From a virus (lineage: Duplodnaviria > Caudoviricetes), in the IMG/VR virus record IMGVR_UViG_3300036861_001161, positions 1,499 through 65,498 of that record: DNA of 64,000 bases, one strand, 5' to 3'. Made by a program: the position numbers and the translations under genes. Under the pieces are notes generated by a model that did not search any database, had not been told where the DNA came from, and worked only from the letters and a program-made list of their open reading frames with translations. This document shows positions 1 to 9,600 of the stretch, in pieces. Position 1 is the stretch's first letter; every line of letters starts with the position of its first letter.

Positions 1-230
1 ATACGGCGGGGATCAGCTGCTTCATCAAACAGCTGGGCGCCCGTCCTTGGATGACAGACTTGCGATCCCATGAAGGATTCCCCGCACATATTTATAGCCG
101 GACCGATACAACAGGGAGCCATCCTTCAGCCTATGAATTACATGGGTTCAAAAGTAAAGCAGCTGCGGATCCTCTTGAGTGGCCAGCAGGGATCCGCGTC
201 CAGGAATTCCCCGTAAGGCAAGGAGCTTAG
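1..230 (+). CDS. Phage gp37/gp68 (DUF5131)-like protein, C-terminal part
   Basis: Frame 3 reads ...CFIKQLGARP...ADPLEWPAGIRVQEFP...*, the typical C-terminus of this family. The 5' end lies outside the window. Confidence 0.7.
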   Translation, partial: TAGISCFIKQLGARPWMTDLRSHEGFPAHIYSRTDTTGSHPSAYELHGFKSKAAADPLEWPAGIRVQEFPVRQGA

Positions 231-233
231 CCG

Positions 234-710
234 ATGTCCTGGTGGGAAGAACCGGTCACGATTTATCTCGATCATCTCCGGACCGTCAATGAACTCAATA
301 CGTCTCAGCGGGAGCATTGGACAACCAAACATAAGCGGGCGAAGCTGCAACGAAGTACGACGTTTCATTGGCTCCAACACTTGTTGCCCCATGAGCCCAT
401 GCCATGGCCTCTGAAAATCGTACTCACACGCATTAGCCCGCGGGCGTTGGACTATGATGGGCTGGTCGCCTCATTAAAGCATGTCGTTGATGGGGTAGCA
501 GACTACCTCATGGGTGCGTATGGCACCGGCCAAGACCGGCAACCAGACCTCTTCTGGCGGTATGGTCAACGCCATGGCAAGCCCAAAGAGTATGGTGTAG
601 AGATCATTCTTATCCCTCTCAATACACAGGAGGCCGCCAGGATCATCCAAGCCATCACCATGCTGAACGATCACGAACATCTCATCACCGACATTGGAAA
701 GGACAAATGA
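234..710 (+). CDS. RusA-like Holliday junction resolvase
   Basis: TVNELN...RALDYDGLVASLKHVVDGVAD...QD...YGQ pattern resembles RusA catalytic Asp spacing. Located at the end of a phage early arm. Confidence 0.6.
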   Translation: MSWWEEPVTIYLDHLRTVNELNTSQREHWTTKHKRAKLQRSTTFHWLQHLLPHEPMPWPLKIVLTRISPRALDYDGLVASLKHVVDGVADYLMGAYGTGQDRQPDLFWRYGQRHGKPKEYGVEIILIPLNTQEAARIIQAITMLNDHEHLITDIGKDK

Positions 711-982
711 TGCGTGACAAGCCCACGACAGTGCTCATCGTCATCACTCCGGAAGAACACGCTACCCTGACCTCCTGGCAGCGCACCACGACCATGCCGG
801 CGGGCCTCCAACGACGGGGCCAGATTATTCTGTTGCTCGGGCAAGGCGTCCCGATGACGCAGATTGCCGTGAGGGTGGGCATGACGCGGCGCCATATTTA
901 CAAGTGGATGCGACGCTGGCAGGCCGCGGGCCTCGCCGGACTCCACAGTGCCCCGTGTGGACGCCCGAGGCGGAGTGCCTGA
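707..982 (+). CDS. Stand-alone helix-turn-helix protein (resembles the IS630 N-terminal HTH, no DDE domain)
   Basis: RRGQIILLL..G...TQIA.RVG.TRRHIYKWMRRW...GLAGL...GRP. ATGA overlap with the upstream gene. Confidence 0.7.
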   Translation: MMRDKPTTVLIVITPEEHATLTSWQRTTTMPAGLQRRGQIILLLGQGVPMTQIAVRVGMTRRHIYKWMRRWQAAGLAGLHSAPCGRPRRSA

Positions 983-1117
983 CACGCACCGCCGTAACAC
1001 GAGCGTTTTGCAGCGGTGAAAGCGCGTAACGAAGATCATATTTTTTGCAGCCCCCTTTGTGCTATAGTGTTCCCCTCTCTTTCCCTGAGAACTTCCGTTT
1101 CCCTGAAGGAGTGTCGG

Positions 1118-1498
1118 ATGCAGCCGTCTCTCTCTGTCCTTCGTCTATGTGTGTGCAGCCTCAGTCTCCTCCTCCTGCTGGGGCTGGTCGGACGGGGACA
1201 GGCGCAGGGAGGTATTGATCTATCACAGCCGCTGACCTATTCCTCAGCAAGCCTTGGCGATATCTGTCACTGGACAGGATTTCCTCCCCAAGAGGTCAGA
1301 GAGGAGTTTGACGTGGCGGGTGGCAGGATGCGCCAATGGTATGAACGGCTCCCTCGCTATAAAGATCTCTCCTGTGTCGAATATTATGGCATCATCCGGG
1401 CGCGCTATCTCGCCTCCAAGACGCAGCACTGGAGAGACATGCTGATCTGGCAGTGCTGGTACGATGATCCATGTGCATGTGAGCAGGATAGGAGTTAA
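1118..1498 (+). CDS. Secreted Cys-rich hypothetical protein (moron)
   Basis: AAGGAG RBS before ATG 1118, signal peptide ending GQA-Q, and an extended -10 TGcTATAGT near 1060-1068. Confidence 0.6.
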   Translation: MQPSLSVLRLCVCSLSLLLLLGLVGRGQAQGGIDLSQPLTYSSASLGDICHWTGFPPQEVREEFDVAGGRMRQWYERLPRYKDLSCVEYYGIIRARYLASKTQHWRDMLIWQCWYDDPCACEQDRS

Positions 1499-1663
1499 GC
1501 GATGCTAGAAGGTCTGAAAGTCATAGGCACGATGCTCGCGCATCGCTTTCCCCAGGAATATAGAAGATTATTTTTTGGGGCGTGATCCTCTAGCACTAGG
1601 GGATCAAACATACTTACCCGCCACCAACCGCGCCCAACTCCGCAGATACTGCGCCTGACAGTC

Positions 1664-2029
1664 CTAGATGCCTGGGCGCGGCGACTGCCGTAGTTCAAAA
1701 TGATTTGCATCCACGAGCTTTGGAATGCGTCCTCCCCAGTAACAATGGGGGTCTAGTCCTTCCCAGTACACGCCCAGCGTCGTATAGTGGCTCGGTGCAG
1801 TCAGGTAGACTCCATCCTTAAAGAGCGATAAGTCGATCGCGAGCTTTTTCGTGTGCTGACTGTTTTTCGTCTTCGTGGAGCCGCGCTGGTAGTATATATC
1901 CTGCATTTCCTGGGGACGAAAAGTCTCGCCGTACCGTAATTGATACCCTTGATCCAAGATGAATTGGATGAAGGTCACTGAGAGTACCACGAAGAGTTCT
2001 TGGGCCTTCCCTAACGCGAGAGCCATCAT
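1664..2029 (-). CDS. Endolysin, M15-family (L-Ala-D-Glu type) peptidase
   Basis: GETFR..E.Q..YY..G.....NSQH.KKLAID...WGG....D.NHFE matches the M15 Zn-peptidase motifs. Start placed at ATG 2029. Confidence 0.85.
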   Translation of the reverse strand: MMALALGKAQELFVVLSVTFIQFILDQGYQLRYGETFRPQEMQDIYYQRGSTKTKNSQHTKKLAIDLSLFKDGVYLTAPSHYTTLGVYWEGLDPHCYWGGRIPKLVDANHFELRQSPRPGI

Positions 2030-2132
2030 GATTGCATCACCTTTATCCCATAGGCACCAGTCCCCGCCAGCGCCTTCCCACACCAGGACAACTGACACAA
2101 CAATCCGTTGGGTTCATCCTTGCGTGCCATCA

Positions 2133-2864
2133 TTACCTCCGATAGGCTACAGATGCTTCCCGGCTGAAGAAACTCAGTTGCCGTGTTGCTTGCTCATAAG
2201 CAGCGGCAATGGTATAGGGACTGTAGTAGGGGCAGAGGTAGTCATAGTTCTCAGGGCGGAACATATCGGGGTCTTCCATGTCACGGCAGGTCGCCCGAAG
2301 ATGGGCGAGGACCGGCTTGGGCAGAAATGGCTTACTGTGGCGTCGTAACCAGTCTTCAATACGAAACTTATCCGCTGGCGGTTGACGTTCAACCAACGCA
2401 GCAATTTGGAGGGCCTGTTCCTCTTGTCGTGCCTCTATTGCGCTTGCCCGTTGCTCAAACTCCACGTTGATGTGAGCTTGGGCAAGAAACATTTCTGCGG
2501 TTGTAAGTGCTTTATGGGATGGTCGTTCAAGTACTTCTCGCTCACATTCGAGAAACCAGAGGCGTGCTTCTTTCCCCTTGGCAGTCTTTTCCACCATAGA
2601 GAGTTCTTTACACATCTCGAAGGAGAGATAATACTCAATTGGCGGGTTTGGGTTTGCGCTACTAGAATCGTAGTATCTTGTAAAATCAATACCTTGCACA
2701 AACCCATACTGGGCAATCCGCTTTGTAATCCAATCATTAAACCGCTGTTTCACTTCTAAAAAAGCATAGAGATCACGGGCATTGACGGTGTTCACGGTGT
2801 CGGTGCCTATTTGGCGCCGAGCAAATGGAATCAACATGGATGTGGTAGACTTGTGGGTAGTCAA
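2133..2864 (-). CDS. AntA/AntB-family antirepressor
   Basis: TVNARDLYAFLEVKQRFNDWITKRIAQYGF..G.DF...EYYLS..M.KELSMVE....GK.AR.WFLECE. Own promoter (TGGTACAAT) near 2936-2944. Confidence 0.85.
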   Translation of the reverse strand: MTTHKSTTSMLIPFARRQIGTDTVNTVNARDLYAFLEVKQRFNDWITKRIAQYGFVQGIDFTRYYDSSSANPNPPIEYYLSFEMCKELSMVEKTAKGKEARLWFLECEREVLERPSHKALTTAEMFLAQAHINVEFEQRASAIEARQEEQALQIAALVERQPPADKFRIEDWLRRHSKPFLPKPVLAHLRATCRDMEDPDMFRPENYDYLCPYYSPYTIAAAYEQATRQLSFFSREASVAYRR

Positions 2865-2992
2865 GACAGTTTCCTTCCTAGAGGACTGTTTTGGTCAGCG
2901 GTGTTGAGGTGTTTGCGCATCTCGACACCGCGCTCATTGTACCATACATCGTGCCGACAATCCCTCCGCATACCAGCGAACTCGCTCTTTCT

Positions 2993-3214
2993 TTACCACT
3001 TCTGCTCTAGACAAGTCGCGAGATCCACCCCGCCAGTCGCCGTGATTCCGCGAATGCTCACATACGGACCGATATTTCCCTGATAGGAAAGGCACGATTG
3101 CACATTGCGCTCGTTGAGCCTGCTCGCATACGTCGAGATTTTCTCACTGTCGGGCGACGTGACGCAGCCCGTCCAGAGCAGCGCCACGGCCGTGATCAGG
3201 ATCCAGTGCAGCAT
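2993..3214 (-). CDS. Small lipoprotein (possible o-spanin or exclusion lipoprotein)
   Basis: MLHWILITAVALLWTG-C lipobox. TAATG coupling to the upstream gene, in the lysis region. Confidence 0.55.
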   Translation of the reverse strand: MLHWILITAVALLWTGCVTSPDSEKISTYASRLNERNVQSCLSYQGNIGPYVSIRGITATGGVDLATCLEQKW

Positions 3215-3624
3215 TACGGCAGCACGGGCGCTGGAATCTCCACGACACACGGTTCGCTCCAGATACCTTTAGGGGCTCCAGCTTGCAACGGGCCGCCGGC
3301 ATGCTTGGGAGCCGGCAGCGCCCGCACATGGACCGTCAGCGCAGCAAAATCATCCAGGACAATCACGTCCGGGGGCGCCAGGAGAAAATCACTGTCGACG
3401 ATAATACTCCCATCCGCGAGAATCCCAATCATCTCGACCTGATAGGCGTTCGCATCAGCGATCAGGTCCCAGGCCACTATGACGTCCGTACCCACCACGG
3501 GACAGACCACATTCTCTGGGGCTGGGAGTTTCGCCTGGCCCGGTGGGACCAGCGGCGGGGCGGCAAAGGCCGTAGAGGCGAGCACGAGGGTAAGGGCGCA
3601 GAGGGTTGCAGCAAACGTCTTCAT
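3214..3624 (-). CDS. Secreted FN3-like protein
   Basis: Signal peptide ending AFA-A, then LPAPENV...VAWD....A.AYQVE...VHVRAL...G.WSEP, an FN3-like pattern. Confidence 0.65.
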   Translation of the reverse strand: MKTFAATLCALTLVLASTAFAAPPLVPPGQAKLPAPENVVCPVVGTDVIVAWDLIADANAYQVEMIGILADGSIIVDSDFLLAPPDVIVLDDFAALTVHVRALPAPKHAGGPLQAGAPKGIWSEPCVVEIPAPVLP

Positions 3625-3702
3625 CCAGAGATTCCTTTTTTATAAGTAAGTAACCAGATCCTGCCAAAGTATACCAACAAATCCTCCGAGGCACTCCTGG
3701 AG

Positions 3703-4125
3703 TCACAGCAGCAGCGGAGGCAACTGCGCTGGCGTCTCGCGAAACCGGATGAAGGCCATCGTGAGCTGGCGCGCCCCATCCTGGAGCGGGGCCAGATCCG
3801 CGATCACCGGAATCTCATGGCCATCGGCATGCCGGGCGAAGATTTCTATGCCCATGCGCCGGTGGATACGCGGTGTCCGTTCATAGGTCGTGCGGAGCAA
3901 GACATGTTTGGTCCGTAAGCGTTCAGGAACCAAAACTTCGACGGGCTCCCCCACGAGGCTGCCCCGGGCGTAGCCGGCGAGCGTCTCCAACACCAGATTG
4001 GTTGCCAGGATGCGTCCGAGCGCATCCACAATAACAATGCCATCCTGCATCACATCGATTATTTCTTGTATCAGGCCCGGACCGAAAGGTTCGGTGGGCT
4101 CCTGGAATGGCAGTTCCTCATTCAT
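3703..4125 (-). CDS. Stand-alone PAS-domain protein (FixL-like heme-PAS features)
   Basis: DGIVIVDALGRILATN..LE.L.GY....LVG.PVEVLVPERLRTKH...ARHADGHEIPV. Confidence 0.85.
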   Translation of the reverse strand: MNEELPFQEPTEPFGPGLIQEIIDVMQDGIVIVDALGRILATNLVLETLAGYARGSLVGEPVEVLVPERLRTKHVLLRTTYERTPRIHRRMGIEIFARHADGHEIPVIADLAPLQDGARQLTMAFIRFRETPAQLPPLLL

Positions 4126-4568
4126 TTCAGCGGCCCTCCTCTACTGCCGACCCAGAGCGCGAGGAAGGCCCCGGCGACCGCAAAGACGAGTCCGACCGCC
4201 AGATTGCCGAGAAACCGAAACCACCACTCCCGGCCCGATTTCTGACTGGTCTCCAGCAGAAGCAACCGTTGCTCTATCGGGCCGATCTTTTGCAGCGTCG
4301 GGATATTGAATGTCTCATGAGCTTCGAGGAGCGCGAGGCGTTGTTCCACCAGGAGGACCCGCGTGATGATCGGCAAGGTGCTGCCATTTCCCTCACGGAT
4401 TAATTGATTCAGCGCCGTGAGGATCTTGCGTAATTCCGTCAGATCATTTTGGAGATGGACGATCTCACGGAGCGTGCCTTGCAGATCACTCATGACCCGT
4501 TGCATATTGATGACCGTGGCGTTGACTTCCCGACTCAGACGGCCAAATTCACTGGCATCATCAGCCAT
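4122..4568 (-). CDS. Coiled-coil protein with C-terminal TM helix (holin/hemolysin-like)
   Basis: Heptad-rich N-terminus and a hydrophobic C-terminal segment, in the lysis region. Confidence 0.5.
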   Translation of the reverse strand: MADDASEFGRLSREVNATVINMQRVMSDLQGTLREIVHLQNDLTELRKILTALNQLIREGNGSTLPIITRVLLVEQRLALLEAHETFNIPTLQKIGPIEQRLLLLETSQKSGREWWFRFLGNLAVGLVFAVAGAFLALWVGSRGGPLK

Positions 4569-4576
4569 CGCACCCT

Positions 4577-4981
4577 CTATTTCTTCGACAGGGGCGAGGA
4601 GGGCCGCACAAGCGGACGTTGGGCATAGACCAGATCGTTCAGTCGGGCATTCAGGGTGTCCACTTTCTTTTCCAGGAGGCTCACATTGAGGACGTTCGTC
4701 AGTTGTTGCCCCTTCATGGATTCGAGCAGCACCGCGCGGTCTTCGAGTTTGCCGCGCAACGTCGCAATCTCCTCACGAAAGGCTTTGAGTTCGGTCATGA
4801 CGCCGGTGCGTCGGGCTTGCTCCGCACCGATGGTGTCAATTTTGCCGTCCAGCACAATCATGACAATCACGACCACGATGATAAACACGCAGCACATCAG
4901 CCAGAGCGCCACGAATGACCGGTCTCTGGGGGTGAAACTCGGTGAGGACGTGATCGGCTCTTGCTGAGAAGATTCGCTCAA
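4577..4981 (-). CDS. N-terminal TM plus coiled-coil protein (i-spanin-like)
   Basis: FVALWLMCCVFIIVVVIVMIVL TM segment followed by a coiled coil. Confidence 0.5.
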   Translation of the reverse strand: MSESSQQEPITSSPSFTPRDRSFVALWLMCCVFIIVVVIVMIVLDGKIDTIGAEQARRTGVMTELKAFREEIATLRGKLEDRAVLLESMKGQQLTNVLNVSLLEKKVDTLNARLNDLVYAQRPLVRPSSPLSKK

Positions 4982-5397
4982 GGAGCCGGCCTCCTGAATG
5001 TGGTCTTCCGCTTCAACGTCAGCGGCGCAGTCACCTCCCGTAGATTCGTCGCGGGGGGCGGCTTGGTCAATAGGATACGTTTACAGATCACGTTACTGAG
5101 ATCGCCCCGGCCTTGCCCATCGAGGCCCTTCGGCTGGACGCCCCAACATTCGGTTTCTCCCTGGAGCGCCGTGCGATCAATATAGGCCCTGATATTTGCC
5201 GCCAAGGGCATGCCTGGGAGATCGGTCAGCGGCGCGCACGTCATACTCCCTGCGGGGACCGTGCAGCGCAGGACATACCATCCCTCGATCGGGGCCACGC
5301 CATAATCCCACGCCATACTGAATGTGGCCGTCTGGGCATGCACCGGCATGATCCAACAACCCAGAAGCATGACCAGTCCGAGCATGAAGAATACCAT
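4978..5397 (-). CDS. Secreted FN3-like protein
   Basis: Signal peptide ending VHA-Q, then MAWDY....GWYVLRC...YID.T...G...CWGV......G..SNVIC. Confidence 0.65.
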   Translation of the reverse strand: MVFFMLGLVMLLGCWIMPVHAQTATFSMAWDYGVAPIEGWYVLRCTVPAGSMTCAPLTDLPGMPLAANIRAYIDRTALQGETECWGVQPKGLDGQGRGDLSNVICKRILLTKPPPATNLREVTAPLTLKRKTTFRRPAP

Positions 5398-5407
5398 AGC
5401 GACTCCT

Positions 5408-5731
5408 TCAGTGCAGACAGATACGATTAGAGGACTCTGAACGCGCTGGCTTATCCAGGACTATCACTTCAAAACACCGCACTTTTTGCTGAGGCACCCG
5501 CACCCGTGTCTGCCGCCGCTGGGGCCCGAGCTGCTGCACATCCCGCATAACACAGCTCGGGCCTTCCTGCTGGCAGCCGCGCAGCACAAACCCGGTATGG
5601 CTGGGAGGGGCCGCCGGCACATAGTCCCACGCGAGGAGGGCGGGCCGGGCCGTAGCCAGGGGGATGACACCGAGTAGATTCACCATCAGCAGGCCTGCCC
5701 ATCTGATGATCATTGGACTTATTGTGGACAT
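5408..5731 (-). CDS. Secreted FN3-like protein, paralogue of 4978-5397
   Basis: Signal peptide, then LAWDY......GFVLRGC...C...CFEV......SESSNRIC. Confidence 0.6.
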   Translation of the reverse strand: MSTISPMIIRWAGLLMVNLLGVIPLATARPALLAWDYVPAAPPSHTGFVLRGCQQEGPSCVMRDVQQLGPQRRQTRVRVPQQKVRCFEVIVLDKPARSESSNRICLH

Positions 5732-6030
5732 CCCTGCGCCTCAATATCGTCACTGACGATGGTCACGCCATATTCGGCGAACGCCCGCATGATGATGAGA
5801 TTTTTGATCGCGGGACAAATGTTGGGCCCGGTCAACGCGGTGCGCGCGCCACATTCCACCACCGCGCGCATATCCAGTGTCCAGGGTTTCAGAATTAATG
5901 GCGCACACACCTGTGTCCCGGACGGATTCGGCGTATGGATCGCGTCATTGTCGGCATAAAAGAGTGGGCCAACGATGACAAGCACTTTCAGGGTCAACGG
6001 GAGCAGAAGCATGTATGTGAGATTTTTCAT
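5719..6030 (-). CDS. Hypothetical membrane/secreted protein
   Basis: Hydrophobic N-terminus, tightly packed in the operon. Confidence 0.45.
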   Translation of the reverse strand: MKNLTYMLLLPLTLKVLVIVGPLFYADNDAIHTPNPSGTQVCAPLILKPWTLDMRAVVECGARTALTGPNICPAIKNLIIMRAFAEYGVTIVSDDIEAQGCPQ

Positions 6031-6040
6031 CGTATGTGTA

Positions 6041-6646
6041 TCATGGCTTAAAGATATCCACGCTCAAGGCTCGTAGCACTAAAGAGGCCCCGGCAATATT
6101 GCTCCCCCAATTGGACGTAAAGGTCCAAGCTAAACTTCCATTCGTGGCTAACGCCACGGGCTGTGGTGTGACATTATTGTCCCCATCAAAGCCCACCGCC
6201 GTGAGATAACTTAGTGGTCCGGAATAGGTATTGACGCTTGCCCCCGGTGCGGCAGCAATGATCGTCTGAAAACACAAGGTGGAACTCATGCCAGTGAGAT
6301 TCGTCGCGGGTGCACTCGCGGTGCCTGGGGCAACCAGCGTCGTGGTCCCTGCGGCCCCCGCCTTCAGTTTCATAAGGAGGGTCGGTGCCGTCGCGCCGGT
6401 CGTGACGCTGACCGTGGCGCAGGCCTGAAGTACACTATTCGCGGTGAGGAAATTGGCATCGATTGTGCAAACGAGTGAGTGAGCAAAATCGGTCCCAAAG
6501 GTAGCGGTGGCAACATTCGTGGTGCCTCCTGTCTGGGAGCATTTGTACCATCCCTGGCCCTTCGCGATCCATTCGCTCGGAGACGCTGCACGAGCACCCC
6601 ACGGGAAACATACCATACAGAGGAGCCCAAGAAACCAACGTCTCAT
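6041..6646 (-). CDS. Secreted protein, stand-alone copy of the C-terminal domain of 6643-9657
   Basis: Signal peptide MRRWFLGLLCMVCFPWGARA. SEW.AKG....C...GG.TN...GTDF.H.L.CT..AN aligns with the last ~180 aa of the upstream gene. ATGA overlap. Confidence 0.75.
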   Translation of the reverse strand: MRRWFLGLLCMVCFPWGARAASPSEWIAKGQGWYKCSQTGGTTNVATATFGTDFAHSLVCTIDANFLTANSVLQACATVSVTTGATAPTLLMKLKAGAAGTTTLVAPGTASAPATNLTGMSSTLCFQTIIAAAPGASVNTYSGPLSYLTAVGFDGDNNVTPQPVALATNGSLAWTFTSNWGSNIAGASLVLRALSVDIFKP

Positions 6647-9600
6647 GGCCGGAGGACCTCCATCGTCAGGGCTAAGGGCGTGAGGAGGTTTTGACCTGAA
6701 CCTGCCGCGACCCACGTACTGGCCAGCGTCCAGTTGGTTGCTGCATTCGTCGCCACATTCACCGGCTGCAACATCCCATTATTCTTGGTGCCACTCGCCA
6801 TCGTTCCGCTCAACGGGGTGAGTGAGGCGGAATAGGTGGGGACGCTCGCCCCAGGTGATCCAGCGATGGTGGTGAGCCAGCAGAGCCAGGACGTGCGATT
6901 CGTCAGGCCAGGCTCCGGCGTCGCACTGTTGGCGGGCGCCGCAAGGGTTATCCCCTCTGCCCGGAGCTTGAAGAAAAAGGCCTGGGGCGGCGTTTCAGTA
7001 GTCATCTGGGCGAGGACACAGGTTTTGAGCTGGGCACCATTCTGTAAGCTATTCGCGGGTAAGGTGCAGGCCAGGTTGTGAATGAAATCCGTCCCTGCCC
7101 CAACGGTGCTGGCGTTGGTATCCCCGCCCACCGTTGCACAGCGTAAGGGCGCTGTGCCACGGGCCGCCCATTCTGACGACACCGCCGGAGTCCCCAGAAT
7201 CCCGAAAAGGCTGCTCGTATCACTCGTCATACCGGTGGCGCTGGCCACAAGCGTATAGCTTGATGCCGCGGCCGTGAGCGCCAGATCACTAAAGGTTGCA
7301 ATCCCCCCAACGGCCGCCTGCGTGAGGGTCCCATTCAGAGTACTCCCCCCGGGATTGGCTCCCAGGGCTACGGTAATGGTCTGCGTCGTTGCAAAGAGAT
7401 TATTCGCTCCATCTTCGAACTGCACAGTGATGGGCGGCAGCGTTTGTCCCACCAGCACGGTTTGTGGCTGGGCGGTGAAGCGCAGATGGGTCGGTCCCAC
7501 GGTCTGCTGAAACACGGTACTAGTGGTGCTCGGAAGGCCCGACACGGTCGCCATAAGCGTATAGGTCCCTCCGGCATTAATCGACAGATCGTTGAACGTC
7601 GCGATACCGCCGACGGCCCCACGGCTCACTGTCCCTGCCAGGGTGCCCGTGCCCATCCCTGTCGTATAGAGGGCCCGGAGTTCTGCTGCCGCCGTATACG
7701 GCCCTGCATTGGCCGCGGTGAGTGCCCGAAGCCGCAGATAGTGCCCTTGCCGCTCAGAGAATGTGACCGTTTTCTCGGTAAAGTCATTCGGCCAGGTCCC
7801 TGTCGCCGCTGCCGTTCCCCACGTACTCCCATTCAGTGAGGTATATACCTCATACTGGCCAATATTGCCGTTGTCGCCACCAGCACTGGGTCGCGGCAGA
7901 TAGGTCATCCCGGTCAGCGCATAGTCAGCCCCAAGATTCACCTGAATTTCATGCGGGGGCGGCGGGGATGAAACAGAGAAATCGGTATGCCAAAACGTCG
8001 CGGGATTATTGTCGACAGCCCGAGGGCCATCATATCCCGTATTCTGGCTATCGACGAAGACGACCGACGTGCTCCCAAAGGGAACGATGGCGGTGGCCGG
8101 CGTGAGGGCGATCATGACGACGTTCGTGGCACTACTGATGAGATTCCCGCTACTATCCTGGAGCTGCACCTGGATAGCCGGCAGCGTCTGTCCCACGGGG
8201 GTGGTTTGGGGTTGCACACTGAAGACCAGCTGGGAGGGCGTGGGTCCGGCGGAGGGCAGGGTGCAGCCGTTGGCGTTGACGTTGAGCCGCACACGCACGT
8301 CAAAACACGAGTCCCCCGCGCTGTCATTGACGCCTGCGACAATAGCGCCGCAGGGAAACTGACTCGTCGTGGGATCCCAGAGCGGCTGACTGGTGAGGAC
8401 GCCGTCCTGGTAGCGATAGAGGATGTTGGCACCGATGTCAGCGCCGTTCTGTCCAGCCCCTTTGGCCGGACTGCCCGTGGGAATAAACACTTTGCACGTG
8501 CCAAGATTCGGGTCTGAAGTCAGTATGTTCGTATAATGCGAATCGGTCAGTGCAGGCGAGGCAGGCGTCCCGTTGCCAAAGATTATAATATGATCAAAAG
8601 ACCAATCAGACTGACCAGAGATTTCAAAGCCTATGGTCTTATTCATTATAAGAATATTTTTCCCATATATCGTCGCGGCTCCGTCGCCCGTATAGCCCGA
8701 TTCGACATCAGCCGCAAAACCCGTTCCCGTGCCATCAATAAATGTGCAATTGTCGCAATGTGTATTTTTATTGCCTCGGAAATAGCCGCCAATCTCGTAA
8801 TCGCCGATCGAGAGATGATTCGTCAATTGGGTATTCTGTGGCATACTATCCAGACTGTTGCCATAATCGATACGCACATTGAAGACGACACCCTTGGGAT
8901 TGTTGAGCGTAATATTCCCGTAATACTGATTCCCAATGGCACTGGTTTTCGCTTGCAGATCCATCCCGGTGTTCCAGTCTTCAAAAATGTTGTTTTCAAC
9001 GATAGTGGTATTACAGGGATAGCACGAAAAGCCGGTATCGCCTCGGAAGGGATCGGCAGAATCCCCAGGGTAATCTCGTGAATGAAAATAATTGCGGCGC
9101 AGCGTATTGCCCGTGGGGGAGTACCCAGGCGAGCCTGAAAACAACATAATCCCATGACGATGGGCAAAGTAGCCTTCATTTTCTTCCAGCAACGAATAAT
9201 CAACATCCGTGAGAGACAGGAGATGGACATTCTGGTTCCTATTCGTGTAGGCAAGCAGTAATCGGCGAAAGGTGAGATGGCTTCCACCGGTGACTTCAAC
9301 GACCGATTGCCATGAACTCCCGCCACCTGCATAATCAGCGCTCGTCGCATAGAGCCCCTGAAATACCCAGTAGGAGCAACCATAGATGACTAAGGCGCCT
9401 TGAGAGCCGTCACTTTGCAGATGCGCTTGCCGCTCATTCTGCGCACGAATGGTAATCGGCTGGGTGCTGGTGCCGTTGTTCGGGGCGCCATTACAATCAA
9501 TCAAGATCGGCGCATAGGTACCATTAGTCAGGGTGAGCGTATCTCCGGGGATGAGCTGATTGATGGATGCCGTCATGTTATCCCCCGGTCCAATGGTCAG

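Noticed and set aside
707-982. IS630 insertion sequence
   Set aside because: Only the HTH part is present, with no DDE catalytic ORF and no terminal inverted repeats seen.
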